DNA of 55,613 nucleotides, from positions 1 to 55,613 of the forward strand of contig JACQYM010000053.1 of the NCBI GenBank assembly GCA_016208225.1, given 5' to 3'. Positions 1 to 12,100 of this stretch are shown one piece after another (the first letter of the stretch is position 1; each line of letters begins with the position of its first letter). The notes beneath the pieces were generated by a model, which saw nothing but the letters and a program-made list of their open reading frames with translations, did not search any database and was not told where the DNA came from. The translations under genes and the position numbers were made by a program. The stretch is from Deltaproteobacteria bacterium (GTDB taxonomy: Bacteria; Desulfobacterota; Desulfobulbia; Desulfobulbales; SURF-16).

Positions 1-6
1 ACCTGG

Positions 7-31
7 ATTCCGGCTAAAAACATGCCGGAAT
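7..31. repeat. GC-stem hairpin module ATTCCGGC-N9-GCCGGAAT, downstream of cheB
   Basis: Perfect 8-bp inverted repeat read directly. The motif GCCGGAATGACG recurs at 4123-4134 and ATTCCGGC at 4079-4086, inside the nested element of the cheA-cheW spacer. Confidence 0.5.
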
Positions 32-159
32 GACGGACCCTTCGAGACGTGATAAACGGTATATCAACAATTGCTGAATCCCTAAGAACTTCGATCTGCC
101 AATCTTAACGGTTGTGTTCCTTCCCAAACCTAACACTACTACTGTCAAGTTCCAAGGTC

Positions 160-2041
<1,882 letters not shown>

Positions 2042-2045
<4 letters not shown>

Positions 2046-2521
2046 AGTTCAATCTCCCCCCTGCCGGAAATCTTTAACAGGACCCGTCCGGTGCCGATTT
2101 CGAGACTGATCGTCCGGTTCACGCAGCCTCCCACATCTTCCCCGGCGATACGGATATTATTTTTGTCAAAGAGCTTGCGCAGCATCTGATAGTTGCGCTT
2201 GCCGATGTTGAACATGCCGGAGGGATCGAGAATCTGCGATCCGCCGACAACGTTGACCACCAGCCGGCTTTTGCTCGCCCCGAGCCGATACGAATCCTTG
2301 AACAGGGCCGGGATGCCGGTATCGGCAAACATGTACGGATTTTTCACGGCCCGCTCCCTGTCTATCCGCGATTCCGGCAGCATGTAGTGGAGCATGCCTC
2401 CCACCCTGGCCACCGGGTCCCAGATCGCCAGACCGATGCACGACCCGAGGGAATAGGTGATCAACGTCTCCTTGACATTGTTGCTCACCTTCATATCCGC
2501 TATGCCGACAACGATTTTCAT
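2042..2521 (-). CDS. cheD: Chemoreceptor glutamine deamidase CheD
   Basis: 159 aa. Conserved CheD core (YSLGSCIGLAIWDP...GGMLHYMLPES). Confidence 0.9.
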
Positions 2522-2526
2522 GGCTG

Positions 2527-3372
2527 CTATTTGACCTTCTGATAAACGGTGGCGGCAACGGGCCGGAACCGATGGGCGACGTTGGTCAGACTCTCCGAGT
2601 GGCCGATAAACAGATATCCGTCCGGCGCCAGGCAGTGATAAAATTTTTCAGCCAGCTCCATCTGGGTTTCACGGGTAAAGTAAATCATCACATTCCGGCA
2701 GAAGATGACATCCATTTCCTCTTTCCAGGGAAAAGTATCCATGAGATTAATGCGTTTAAACGTCACCAGCCGCCGCAGCTGTTCCTTAATCTTGACATAG
2801 CCGTCACACTTTCCCACCCCGCGCTGGAAAAAACTCTTCAGATAGTCAGGCGGCACCTTGTCCATCTTATCCAGGGAATAAATGCCCTTTTCAGCGATGG
2901 CCAGCACCTTGGTGGAGATATCGGTGGCCAGAATGGAGGAGCTGAAGCCGGGATGGCCGGCCATGAACCTGGCCAGCACCATGGCAAGGGTATACGGCTC
3001 CTCACCCGAGGAACAGGCGGCGGACCAGACCTTGCACTGAACGCCGGGGGCATTGCCGCGGCCGGCTAACTGCGGCAGCACCGCGGCGGCGAAAAAATCA
3101 AAGTGGGCGTTTTCCCGGAAGAAGCCGGTGAAATTCGTGGACACGCAGTTGATGAGATGCACCAGTTCATTGCCGCTGGCATCATCGACCACCCGGTCAT
3201 AATAGTCTTTAAAGGAGCTGAGCTGACAGGCCCTGAGCCTTTTGCCGAGCCTGGCATGCAGCAGTTCTTTCTTTTCAGGCTTCAGGTGGATGCCGGTTTT
3301 TGCATAGATCAGGGCGCTGAATTTCTTAAAATCGTCATCGGTCAACCGGCACTGCTGAAAAATAATATCCAC
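2527..3372 (-). CDS. cheR: Chemotaxis protein methyltransferase CheR
   Basis: 281 aa. CheR N-terminal helical domain plus SAM-binding core (VWSAACSSGEEPYTLAM, IFCRNVMIYF). Confidence 0.95.
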   Translation of the reverse strand: MDIIFQQCRLTDDDFKKFSALIYAKTGIHLKPEKKELLHARLGKRLRACQLSSFKDYYDRVVDDASGNELVHLINCVSTNFTGFFRENAHFDFFAAAVLPQLAGRGNAPGVQCKVWSAACSSGEEPYTLAMVLARFMAGHPGFSSSILATDISTKVLAIAEKGIYSLDKMDKVPPDYLKSFFQRGVGKCDGYVKIKEQLRRLVTFKRINLMDTFPWKEEMDVIFCRNVMIYFTRETQMELAEKFYHCLAPDGYLFIGHSESLTNVAHRFRPVAATVYQKVK

Positions 3373-3388
3373 CTCAAGCCCCCTGCGG

Positions 3389-3919
3389 CTATTCCGCAGA
3401 TTTCGACGGCGTCGCGGTCAGAGGGGCAAGACCGGATTCCCCGATCACCTTGTCCACCTCAAGCAATATTTTCACCTTCCCTTTGATCTTGGCCATGCCG
3501 AGGAAATTTTCCCTGTCAACCGCTTTCCCGCCGAAGGAAGGGGCCGGTTCAATTTCGGTTTCGGCGATGTTCAGCACCTCGGAAACCGAATCGACAATCA
3601 TCCCGACCAGCACCGACCCCGACTCGCCCTGCACCTCGACCACGATAATGCAGGTCCGTTCGGTATATTCCTGCGACTCCATGTTGAATTTTGCCCGCAG
3701 ATCAAGAACGGGGATGACGCTGCCCCGCAGATTGATGACGCCCTTGATATAGGAAGGGGTATGCGGCACGGCGGTGATCTGCATCAGTCCGATAATCTCT
3801 CTTACCTTGAGGATGCCGATGCCGTACTCCTCCCGGCCGAGACTGAAGGTCAGATATTTACCCGCCAGCTCCCTGCCTTTCTGTGTGCCGGTTGACTCTG
3901 TTGCCGCTCCGTTTGCCAT
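3389..3919 (-). CDS. cheW: Chemotaxis coupling protein CheW
   Basis: 176 aa. CheW-like domain (YLTFSLGREEYGIGILKVREI...INLRGSVIPVLDLR). Confidence 0.9.
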   Translation of the reverse strand: MANGAATESTGTQKGRELAGKYLTFSLGREEYGIGILKVREIIGLMQITAVPHTPSYIKGVINLRGSVIPVLDLRAKFNMESQEYTERTCIIVVEVQGESGSVLVGMIVDSVSEVLNIAETEIEPAPSFGGKAVDRENFLGMAKIKGKVKILLEVDKVIGESGLAPLTATPSKSAE

Positions 3920-3939
3920 GCAATCACCTCGTTAAAAGA

Positions 3940-4293
3940 ATCCTTGAAGTATCTGAAGTTACAAGTGCCTGAAATGCCTGAAGTTGTTGTACTTTTTCTG
4001 ACCTGATTAGCGTCAATCTTCCGCAAGCTGTCACCCCGGCATGCTTTTAGCCGGGGTCCAGTAAAGATGACAGGATGAATTCCGGCTAACGACATCCCCG
4101 TCAAGCGAGGACTAAACAGAGTGCCGGAATGACGAATAATTTCGTAAGGTTTCACATCGTCCATGCGACTATTGCCAATGGGGCACATAGTATCCGAAAC
4201 TCTACTGCGGAAGATTGACGCTAATCAGCTTTTCTGATCAGAAAAACCCTTTAATTCGAAGCACTTTAGCGCACTTTAGTCACTTTAGTCACT
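3940..4293. repeat. E-family element (tandem 9-mer arms, central palindrome), interrupted by a nested inverted-repeat element
   Basis: Left arm is tgcctgaaa/tgcctgaag. Right arm is gcactttag-cgcactttag-tcactttag-tcactc. The centre TTTTTCTGA/TCAGAAAAA is split by the 4003-4228 insertion. Same architecture and motifs as 20140-20347. Confidence 0.6.
4003..4228. mobile_element. MITE-like non-coding element with 23-bp perfect terminal inverted repeats
   Basis: 4003-4025 (ctgattagcgtcaatcttccgca) is the exact reverse complement of 4206-4228. An 8-bp direct repeat ttttctga lies at 3994-4001 and 4230-4237, one base outside each TIR. No credible ORF inside. Contains GC hairpins (caccccggc-N9-gccggggt, attccggc...gccggaat). 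Confidence 0.6.
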
Positions 4294-6984
4294 CTACAAT
4301 GCCCCTGTCCCCATCTCCTCGCTGGCGCTGATGACGCCGGCCAGATCAAGGATCAAACCTACCCGGCCGTCACCCAGAATGGTGCCGCCGGCCACGCCTT
4401 TCACATCTTTCATATAACCGCCGAGACTCTTGATGACCACTTCCTGTTTACCGAGCAGTTCGTCGACCAGCAGGGCCCGCTGCCTGCCCTCATTTTCCAC
4501 CACCACCGCTATCCCCTGGCTGATATCCGTGCAGGCGTCCTGGACGCTGAAAAGATGATACAGACGGATGATGGGCAGCAGGGAATCCCTGATCAGCAGG
4601 GTCTCGCCCTTGCCCTGCACCGTATTATAATTTTCCATCCGCGGCCGCATGGATTCGCGGATGGCAATGGTGGGGATGATGTAGCGTTCGGCCCCGACCC
4701 GGACGACAATGCCGTCGATAATGGCCAGGGTCAGGGGCAGATGCATGAGAAAGAGAGAGCCCTGGCCCGGCGTGCTCTGCAGCTCCACCTTGCCCCGCAG
4801 TTTCTCCACCCCCTTTTTCACCACATCCATGCCCACGCCCCGGCCCGACACATCGGTTATTTTATCGGCCGTGGAAAAACCGGGCAGAAATATCAGATTA
4901 TTGATGTCATGGTCGCTGTAATGGACATCCGGCTGGATCAGGCCGCGCTCCAGGGCCTTGCTGCGTATTTTCGCGGTATTAACCCCCTCCCCGTCATCGG
5001 CGATCTCGATGATGATATTGCCGCCTTTCTGATAGGCGCTCAGCCGCACCGTACCGCCCTCCGGTTTTCCCGCCTTGAGCCGCTCGGCCGGGGCCTGCAC
5101 GCCATGGTCAACGGAGTTGCGGATCATGTGGACAAGGGGGTCATAAATCGAATCCACCATGTTGCGGTCAATCTCCGTATCCTCGCCTTCCATGACCAGA
5201 TCCACCTTTTTCCCGGTTTTTTTGGCCAGATCGCGCACCAGCCGCGTCATCTTCTGGAAGGTCTGGCGGATGGGAACCATGCGCATGGACATGGCGGTTT
5301 TCTGCAGATCCGTGGTAATGCGGGTGAGCTGGGCAAAATCCTTGTTCAGTTTCGGGTCGGACAGGCCGGCGATCAGCGGATTATGCCGCACCATGGTCTG
5401 CATGATGACCAGCTCGCCCACGGCATTGACCAGTCCGTCAAGCTTGTCGATGTCAACCTTGATGGCCGCCTCAATATTTTTCTTTCCCGCAACGTTCCCG
5501 GCCGGCGCGGCCGTATCGTTTGATTTCCCCGCGGCAAGCGGGGGCGCGGCGGCAATGGTCTGTTCGGCCGGCGCCGCCGGTTGCTCGGGGGCAACGGCGG
5601 CAGACGGCACGGCCGGGACCGGCTGTTTGTCTTCCGGCAGCGCGGCGCCTGCCTGGCAGGCCTTGATCCGCTCCAGGGCTTCGGCAATGTCATAGTGCTG
5701 GTAGACTTCCGGCCCTTTTTCCAGCACATCGCTTAAATTCTGGATCATGGTGCGTAGAAAGTCACCGACCCCGAGCACGATATCAATAATACCGGAGTTC
5801 ATGGTCAGCCCGCCGTTGCGCACGTCATCGAGCAGGTTTTCCGTGGCGTGGGCCAGCTTATTGATGGTCTTTAAGTTGAGAAAACCGGAAACGCCCTTGA
5901 TGGTATGAAAGGGGCGGAAGATATTATTGATGATATCCGGATCAGCCGGATTCTGCTCCAGCTCCAGCACATTCAGCTCAATGGATTCCAGATGCTCAAA
6001 GGCCTCGGCAATGAAACCGCTGAGCAGATCGCTGTCCTGCAGAAAGTTGGGACCGGCCGCCTGCTCGCCGGGAGGCTGCGGCTTGGCAACGTCATCTTCA
6101 ACTCTGCCGGGGATGGTTGCCGGCCCCACCTGCTCCGCGGCGGGCTCCGCAACCGGCGCCCGGTCCGGGCCGCACTTTTCGGCCATCAGGGTGTTGATAA
6201 AGGCGAGCTGTTCCCCGATGCCGGCGGGATGGTAGGCCGCGCCCTTGTCATGAACCTCCTGCACATGGGCCACCATGCTCTTTACGGTGTCGCCGACGCT
6301 CAGCACCAGATCGACCAGATCGGCATCCATGGCGATGCGGCCGCTGCGCGCCTCTTCCAGCAGATTCTCCGTGGCATGGGCGAGTCTGCTGATCTCCGTC
6401 AGCGACACGCTGTCGGCAATTCCTTTGATGGTATGAAAGGCCCGGAAAATTGCATTGACCGTTTCCCTGGTGTCCCCATTTTTCTCCAGGCCGAGCACAT
6501 CATCTTCTATGGCGGTGAGATATTCGCGGGCCTCTTCGATGAAGCATTCAAGCAGTTCCCTGTCGTGCATGAACGCGGGTCTCTCTCCCGCCTTCTGCGC
6601 TGACAACCCCTGGCCGCCGGCCAGCAGGGCAGCGGGATCGAGATGCAGGCCAAGGCTGTGCAAGTGGCGGCAGAAAGCGGCCAGCACGGCCTGGTCTTCA
6701 CCGCTGCGCATCACCTCCTGCATGCGGGATACGCACTCGGCGAGCAGCGCATAGCTTTCAGCCGTGCCCGGTACCTTTTCCATGATCAGATCGCGGAGAG
6801 CTGTCTGAAAGGCGCTGACCATCTGCCGTAAAACCGCCTGCCGGGATATGTCGGGGTTGTCCCGCAGCTTCTCCAGAATCTCCAGCAGTTCACCGACAGT
6901 CGAGAGGTCCCCCGGCTCAATCATCATCAGCTTCACTGCCATGTCATCAAGCAGTTCACCCGCACTCTGCTCAGCTACGGCCAT
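4294..6984 (-). CDS. cheA: Chemotaxis histidine kinase CheA with two HPt domains
   Basis: 896 aa. Two FHTIKG HPt motifs (His184, His360), an HATPase region (DVSGRGVGMDVV) and a C-terminal CheW-like domain. Confidence 0.95.
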   Translation of the reverse strand: MAVAEQSAGELLDDMAVKLMMIEPGDLSTVGELLEILEKLRDNPDISRQAVLRQMVSAFQTALRDLIMEKVPGTAESYALLAECVSRMQEVMRSGEDQAVLAAFCRHLHSLGLHLDPAALLAGGQGLSAQKAGERPAFMHDRELLECFIEEAREYLTAIEDDVLGLEKNGDTRETVNAIFRAFHTIKGIADSVSLTEISRLAHATENLLEEARSGRIAMDADLVDLVLSVGDTVKSMVAHVQEVHDKGAAYHPAGIGEQLAFINTLMAEKCGPDRAPVAEPAAEQVGPATIPGRVEDDVAKPQPPGEQAAGPNFLQDSDLLSGFIAEAFEHLESIELNVLELEQNPADPDIINNIFRPFHTIKGVSGFLNLKTINKLAHATENLLDDVRNGGLTMNSGIIDIVLGVGDFLRTMIQNLSDVLEKGPEVYQHYDIAEALERIKACQAGAALPEDKQPVPAVPSAAVAPEQPAAPAEQTIAAAPPLAAGKSNDTAAPAGNVAGKKNIEAAIKVDIDKLDGLVNAVGELVIMQTMVRHNPLIAGLSDPKLNKDFAQLTRITTDLQKTAMSMRMVPIRQTFQKMTRLVRDLAKKTGKKVDLVMEGEDTEIDRNMVDSIYDPLVHMIRNSVDHGVQAPAERLKAGKPEGGTVRLSAYQKGGNIIIEIADDGEGVNTAKIRSKALERGLIQPDVHYSDHDINNLIFLPGFSTADKITDVSGRGVGMDVVKKGVEKLRGKVELQSTPGQGSLFLMHLPLTLAIIDGIVVRVGAERYIIPTIAIRESMRPRMENYNTVQGKGETLLIRDSLLPIIRLYHLFSVQDACTDISQGIAVVVENEGRQRALLVDELLGKQEVVIKSLGGYMKDVKGVAGGTILGDGRVGLILDLAGVISASEEMGTGAL

Positions 6985-7113
6985 ACATCAAACCTCCATC
7001 CTATAGTAAAAAAAGCGTCCCGATCTTTTTCACCCCTTTTACATTTGCGCAAATCAGCCGCAAATTTTCAAGTGTTTATCACTGGTTCTCATCATTTTCG
7101 CTATCTGACAAAC

Positions 7114-8853
7114 CTATTCATTCAACAGCTGCGGATTGATCGTCAGGATCTGCTCCTCAATGGCCCGCTGGTTCTGCCTGACCTTGTCGATAATATCGGC
7201 CTGCGGGTATTTCTCCTGCACCTGCAGCAGCAGACGCCTTGATTCCATAAGCAGGGCCGACTTCTGTTCGACGTTCGCACTTTTCCGCGCCTTGATGAAC
7301 AGGCTGGCCGCCTCCTTCCGCAAATCCGCGGCAGCAAGGTTCTCCGCTTCGGCAATTTTTGCCCTGGCCTGCTCCTGGTATGCCGGGTCAACAAATTCGG
7401 CAAACAGGACGATGGCCTGATCATACTGCCTCTCATCCAGGGTTTGCAGGGCCTTCTGCCACTTGGCGTCAAGAACCTCCTGCTGCTCGGTCTGCTGTTC
7501 GGTCTGCGGCATATCGCCCTGTTCCGTCTGCTGTCTCCTGATCTCCTCTGCCAATTCCCGGACGGCCAATACCGTCTCCGGCGGCTCCGTGTCCTGGGAA
7601 TAAGGGGCGAGAAGCTCCAGGGCCTCGGCAAATTTCTTTTCTTCAGTCAGCTGCCTGGCCCGCATCAACGCATCCTCCGCATTCCGCACGGCAGGGCCGC
7701 CTGCTTTGGCAAGCAGTTCCCGCCCCATGCGGGCATAGACTGATTCGGGGGAAATCGCTTCCAGCTGCTGCACGCTTTCCATTAACTGCGGGGGCACCTG
7801 CTGCCCGTCATACTGCAGCCAGCCCAGCAGAGCCCTGCTGTACAGCTCCAGTTCCCGGGCATGCTCCTCCTGCCCGGCCAGCAGGGCCAGCTGCTTTTCA
7901 ACCTCGCCATCCGCCTGCCGCACACTGGAAAAAAGAGCTGCCACATGCCCATACTGCTCGCGGGCCCGGCGGAACTCCCCGGTGGCAAAGAGCAGTTCCG
8001 CGGCCTGCAGACGAAGGGGCCAGGCCAGCCACTCCTCCTTACCCTGCGCCACGGCAAGCAGGACTTCCGCCGCCTGCGCCAGCTTGCCCGTGGCGCGCAG
8101 GGCCCGGGCATACATTTCCCTGGCTTCCGGGGAAACGTCCTCTTCCCGGCCGGCCGCGGCCATATTTTCATAGGCATTGATTACCTGCCCATTGTCCCCC
8201 AGTCCCGCCCAGTAGCGCACCGCTGCGTCCGCCTGGCCGGCAACGGCGCCGCGGGAGGCGGCCAGCTGCCCGGGGATGACGGCGGCGGCGGCGGCGAACA
8301 GTGTCCGGCAATCGCCTTCCAGAAAGGAGATATCATGCTGCAAGACGGCAAAGGGGGCGGCGGGCTGCCCTTCGCCGACCTGGTCCCCTTCACTTTTCAA
8401 CAGGGCATGCAGGGCAAAATAGCCGTCCAGAATGGCGGCAAGCGAAGTGGTGCATCCCTGCCACTTTTCCGGCTGCGGCAGGGCAAATTCCTGCCGGGAA
8501 AAGCCTGCCTCCAACTCCTGCCATTGCGTCTGGCTGTCGCGATAATGGTTGATCCTGCCGGCCACGAAGTCATCCATGCCGGCCACAAGGGCGGGATCAA
8601 AGCCGGGCCGCGGCGCCGGTGCCGGCGGCTGGATCGCGCCCGCCATGCCCTCAGGCCCTGCCGGCGCCGGCGGCGGGGACGGCGGAGCAACCGGCGGCGA
8701 GACGGCCACCGGCTGCTCCGCCGGGGCGGGCGGCGGCGCCATCTCCACCAGGGGCGGCACCTTCTTTTTCGGTCCCAGCCCGCAACCGTTCACCAATAGA
8801 AGCACCGTCGCCGCCACACAAAGCCTGCCTGTAAAAAAACTCATCTTGTTCAT
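7114..8853 (-). CDS. Exported (lipobox-like VNGC) protein with a Pro-rich linker and an alpha-helical, TPR-like region. Function unknown.
   Basis: 579 aa. N-terminal signal sequence MNKMSFFTGRLCVAATVLLLVNGC, a ~70-aa Pro/Ala-rich segment, then an Ala/Leu/Glu-rich helical sequence. No catalytic motif recognised. Confidence 0.7.
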   Translation of the reverse strand: MNKMSFFTGRLCVAATVLLLVNGCGLGPKKKVPPLVEMAPPPAPAEQPVAVSPPVAPPSPPPAPAGPEGMAGAIQPPAPAPRPGFDPALVAGMDDFVAGRINHYRDSQTQWQELEAGFSRQEFALPQPEKWQGCTTSLAAILDGYFALHALLKSEGDQVGEGQPAAPFAVLQHDISFLEGDCRTLFAAAAAVIPGQLAASRGAVAGQADAAVRYWAGLGDNGQVINAYENMAAAGREEDVSPEAREMYARALRATGKLAQAAEVLLAVAQGKEEWLAWPLRLQAAELLFATGEFRRAREQYGHVAALFSSVRQADGEVEKQLALLAGQEEHARELELYSRALLGWLQYDGQQVPPQLMESVQQLEAISPESVYARMGRELLAKAGGPAVRNAEDALMRARQLTEEKKFAEALELLAPYSQDTEPPETVLAVRELAEEIRRQQTEQGDMPQTEQQTEQQEVLDAKWQKALQTLDERQYDQAIVLFAEFVDPAYQEQARAKIAEAENLAAADLRKEAASLFIKARKSANVEQKSALLMESRRLLLQVQEKYPQADIIDKVRQNQRAIEEQILTINPQLLNE

Positions 8854-8889
8854 GGTCGTATTACGTAACTCCCTTTCTCATCATTTTCA

Positions 8890-8940
8890 GGGGCCGCAAC
8901 GAAATAACCATGACACTTTCAGTTATTTCGTTACGGCCCC
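8890..8940. repeat. B-family hairpin (GGGGCCGCAACGAAATAAC-loop-GTTATTTCGTTACGGCCCC)
   Basis: 19-bp near-perfect inverted repeat read directly. Core GCCGTTACGAAAT is shared with at least 6 other loci. Confidence 0.7.
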
Positions 8941-8971
8941 ATATGCCGCTTCCAATATTAGATTTTGATGG

Positions 8972-9095
8972 CTGCGTAAAATGTCTTTTTTCACCGCAGC
9001 GCACACGGAAAACACAGAGAAATAATATTTATTACAGTCGGTTATCTCTGCTGGCTCTGTGCGCTCCGTGGTCCATTCCCAGTTTTTACGAATTC
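8972..9095. repeat. A-family palindromic element (CACAGAGA-AT-rich loop-TCTCTGTG, CGTAAAA/TTTTACGAATTC ends)
   Basis: Alignable by eye with 15660-15768, 31645-31771, 39042-39149 and 42441-42541. Confidence 0.7.
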
Positions 9096-9114
9096 GTGTT
9101 GCCGGCACAACGGC

Positions 9115-12100
9115 CTACATGTTGTGCCAGTAGGGCCGGAAATAGCGATCCAGCTCGATTTCGCCGCCAGCAAGCACCTTGCCGAAGGTGACCACCTGGG
9201 CCTTATCCGGGGTGTCGTGCTGCGGGGAGAGCAGCAGTCCGCCGTCAAGAACCCCTACAGGCGCGGCAATCTGCCCCACATCGGGATAATAGAGCGGCAC
9301 CTCGCTGCCGCCGGCAAAAGCCATATCAACAATATCCAGCGCGCCGGCGTAATTCTGTCCAAGAATGATGCCCTGGGCCGCTTTGATCCAGACCGGCAGG
9401 GCGCCGCTAGAGCCGGCGATGCGTGTCGAAGTGCGCACCATGGGCCGGTTGTCATCAAAGCCGACATACGAGGCCAGCACAAAGCTGTCCGCCCCGGGCA
9501 GGAGGCCGTCGCCCTTGCCTTTTATGCCGGGAACCAGTCCGGCAAAGGCAGAGTTGGTAAAACGATTGGCAGTGCCGGTCTTGCCGAACAGGGGCACGGT
9601 CAGCTGCAGATCGGCAAGCTGTTTTTCCATGTTCGGATCAGTGCTGTGCAGCTGGATGTTTTTTGCCGCCCGGCCGGTGCCGAATTTGACCACATTGCGC
9701 AGGATGTCACTCACCGCCACCACGGTCTGCGGATCAATGACCCGTTTGGTGCTGACCGTGCTCTGATAAATCAGCTCGCCGTCGGCGGCCTCGATCCGGT
9801 CAATAAGCGCCAGGCCCGGGTTGGCGCTTGCCGCGGCGTTGCAGGAGAGACCGCTGGTCAGGGCCTCATAGACCCGGGCCAGCTCAAACAGACTCATGAC
9901 ATTGGAGCCGAGCGGAAAGGAGAGCACCGGGTCAAGGTCGCTGGTGACGCCCATGGCCCGACACAGATTAATGAGATACCGCAACCCGGCCAGCACCCGG
10001 AAATCCCGGACCTCATGGAGGACCTCGTCTTCATAGGGCGGCCGGGCGGACAGCTTCGCCAGCTCCTTGCCGAAATTCTCCTGCAGCAGCTCAAGGGTGG
10101 CTATGCTCAGCTGATTGTCGATGCGCACCCTGCCCAGAAACTGCGCCCTGGCCTCGCCGGACATCTCGGCGAGATGGCTGTGCAGCTCTTCCCGCCGCAC
10201 CGGCAGCCAGCCGCCTTCCGGGCCCCCTTCCGTATACAGGAGATCTCCGGCCGCAAGCGGGTCATCCACCGGCCATCCCTCATCCACCTGCCCGGCGGGA
10301 CGGTAATAGAGGTTCGCCACCAGCGGACCGCTGTCAGTTTCCGGCAGCTCGCTTTCGTTCAGCAACCGCTGCCGCAGATTGCGGTAGCGGACAAAACTGC
10401 GGCTGACGATATGCTGCCGCAGGGCACTTTCGCTGTCTCCCATATCATCGGTCAGCTTGTCCAGCTCCTTCTCAAATTCATCACTGTAATGGAAAAGGGC
10501 CAGGTTCTGCAGTTCATCCTGCCTGCCCTCAAACAGCAGGTCAGCTTCGCTGGCCGCCACGGCCTTTTCAAAAGCCGTTCTGTTCAAGGCCATCGCGTCC
10601 ACCATCACCCCCATTCCGTCCCGGATGCGGCGTGTATACTGTTCATACGACTCCCCTGCCTCCCGGGCCATGCCGATGCCGGACAGCAGCTCCTTGAACT
10701 GGGCCGGGGTCAGCCGGTCGCAGAGATGATACAGCAGCCAGACCGAAGCCACATTTTCCGAATGGACCCCGGCCCAGCTCATGGAAACCCTTTTATGGGG
10801 GCTGATATGATCAGGCCGCGGAATATAGGCGTTCTTCTGATAGACAAACATGTCCCGCTCGTTATTGAGCTGGTCCAGCGAATTCCAGCCGAGCTGCAGG
10901 GCCGCGGCATAGAGCAGCGGCTTCACCACCGAGCCCATGGCTCTTTTCGCCGAGATCGCGCGGTTGAAATAATAATTATCCATGCCGCCGGCCAGGGCCA
11001 AGATCCTGCCGCTCTGCAGGATGAGAGAGGCGCCCTGCAGCTCCGGATATTTTTCCAGATTGAACAGATTTTCCTTGTCGTCTGCCCCCTTATCCCGGAC
11101 GGACACATAGACCAGATCCCCGGCCTGCATTGCCCCGAGCAGTTGGGGCAGGTCCCGGCCCGAGGCATTGCTCCAGCGCTGCCCTTTATACTGCGCCAGG
11201 GAGGAAAGCAGCGGCATCAGCCCCTGCTCGTCGACCACGCCCTGCACCCCTTTGCCCTGCGGGGCGAAGGAAATCAGCACCCGGGCCGGGGGACCAGGCT
11301 GCACCTCCACCACCCGGGCCACCTGGAAGCGGCTGTCCGCCACATTGGGATCAATGCCCAAGGGCAGCTCCGCATACTTTTTCTGCAGCTCGGCGCGGTC
11401 GTAACCGAGCAGCTTGACATCGAGCTGGCTCAGCTCGCTCTGCAGGGCAAAGAGGTTGCTGTCCTGCAGCTTCTTGTCAATGGTGGTGAAGACGCGCACC
11501 CCGGAGGTGGAGACGTTATCGATGCCGAAATCCTGCAATGCCGCCTCAACGGCCGGATCGTCCAGGCCATCCTTGACCAGGTCCATCAGCGTGTTGAGCC
11601 GGAACTGCATCTTGCCCCGGTTGAAAGGAATCTCCCGCTGCAGGGAGGCCTGATATACCTCATCGGCAATCATGCCCAGCTTATGCATCTGGCCCAGAAC
11701 GTAGCCCGTGCGGATGCGGGCATTCTGCTTGGCCAGGGCGGCGCCTTCCTCATCCCTTTTGATAAACGGATTGTAATAATTGGGCCGCTTGACGCTGCCG
11801 GCAATAAAAGCCGCTTCCACCAGATCAAGCTCGGCGGGCTCCTTGTCGAAATAGTAGCGGGCGGCAATTCCCAGGCCGCGGCCATTGCCGCTGACATAAA
11901 ACTGATTGGCGTAGAATTCGAGGAGCTTCTCTTTCGGATAATGCAACTCAAGACGCAGGGCATAAAGCAGTTCCGTCAACTTGGACCCGACCGAACGTCC
12001 TTTGCGTTCAAACAGATTTTTGGCGGTCTGCTGGGTGATGGTGCTGCCGCCCTGGACCACCCTGCCGGCCCGGATATTGGCAAACATCGCCCGGGCAAAA

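Noticed and set aside
3850-4188. A 112-aa ORF spanning the cheW start and the nested repeat element.
   Set aside because: It runs through inverted repeats and hairpin modules, overlaps the cheW start, has no SD and has an arbitrary composition. The repeats explain the sequence better.
6985-7113. A sigma-28-like motif upstream of cheA on the minus strand (TAAACACT-N12-GCTGATTT).
   Set aside because: It matches only about 5 of 8 positions in the -10 element and has non-canonical spacing. That is too weak to call, though it is worth re-examining if the 34930-34956 motif proves functional.
8890-8940. The B-family core GAGCCGTTACG resembles the 5-prime half of group II intron domain V (GAGCCGTAT...).
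   Set aside because: The hairpins have 16-19-bp uninterrupted stems and 13-18-nt loops, not the 34-nt bulged, GNRA-capped domain V. No reverse transcriptase/maturase ORF or other intron domains are nearby, and the many short copies fit a REP/MITE-type repeat.
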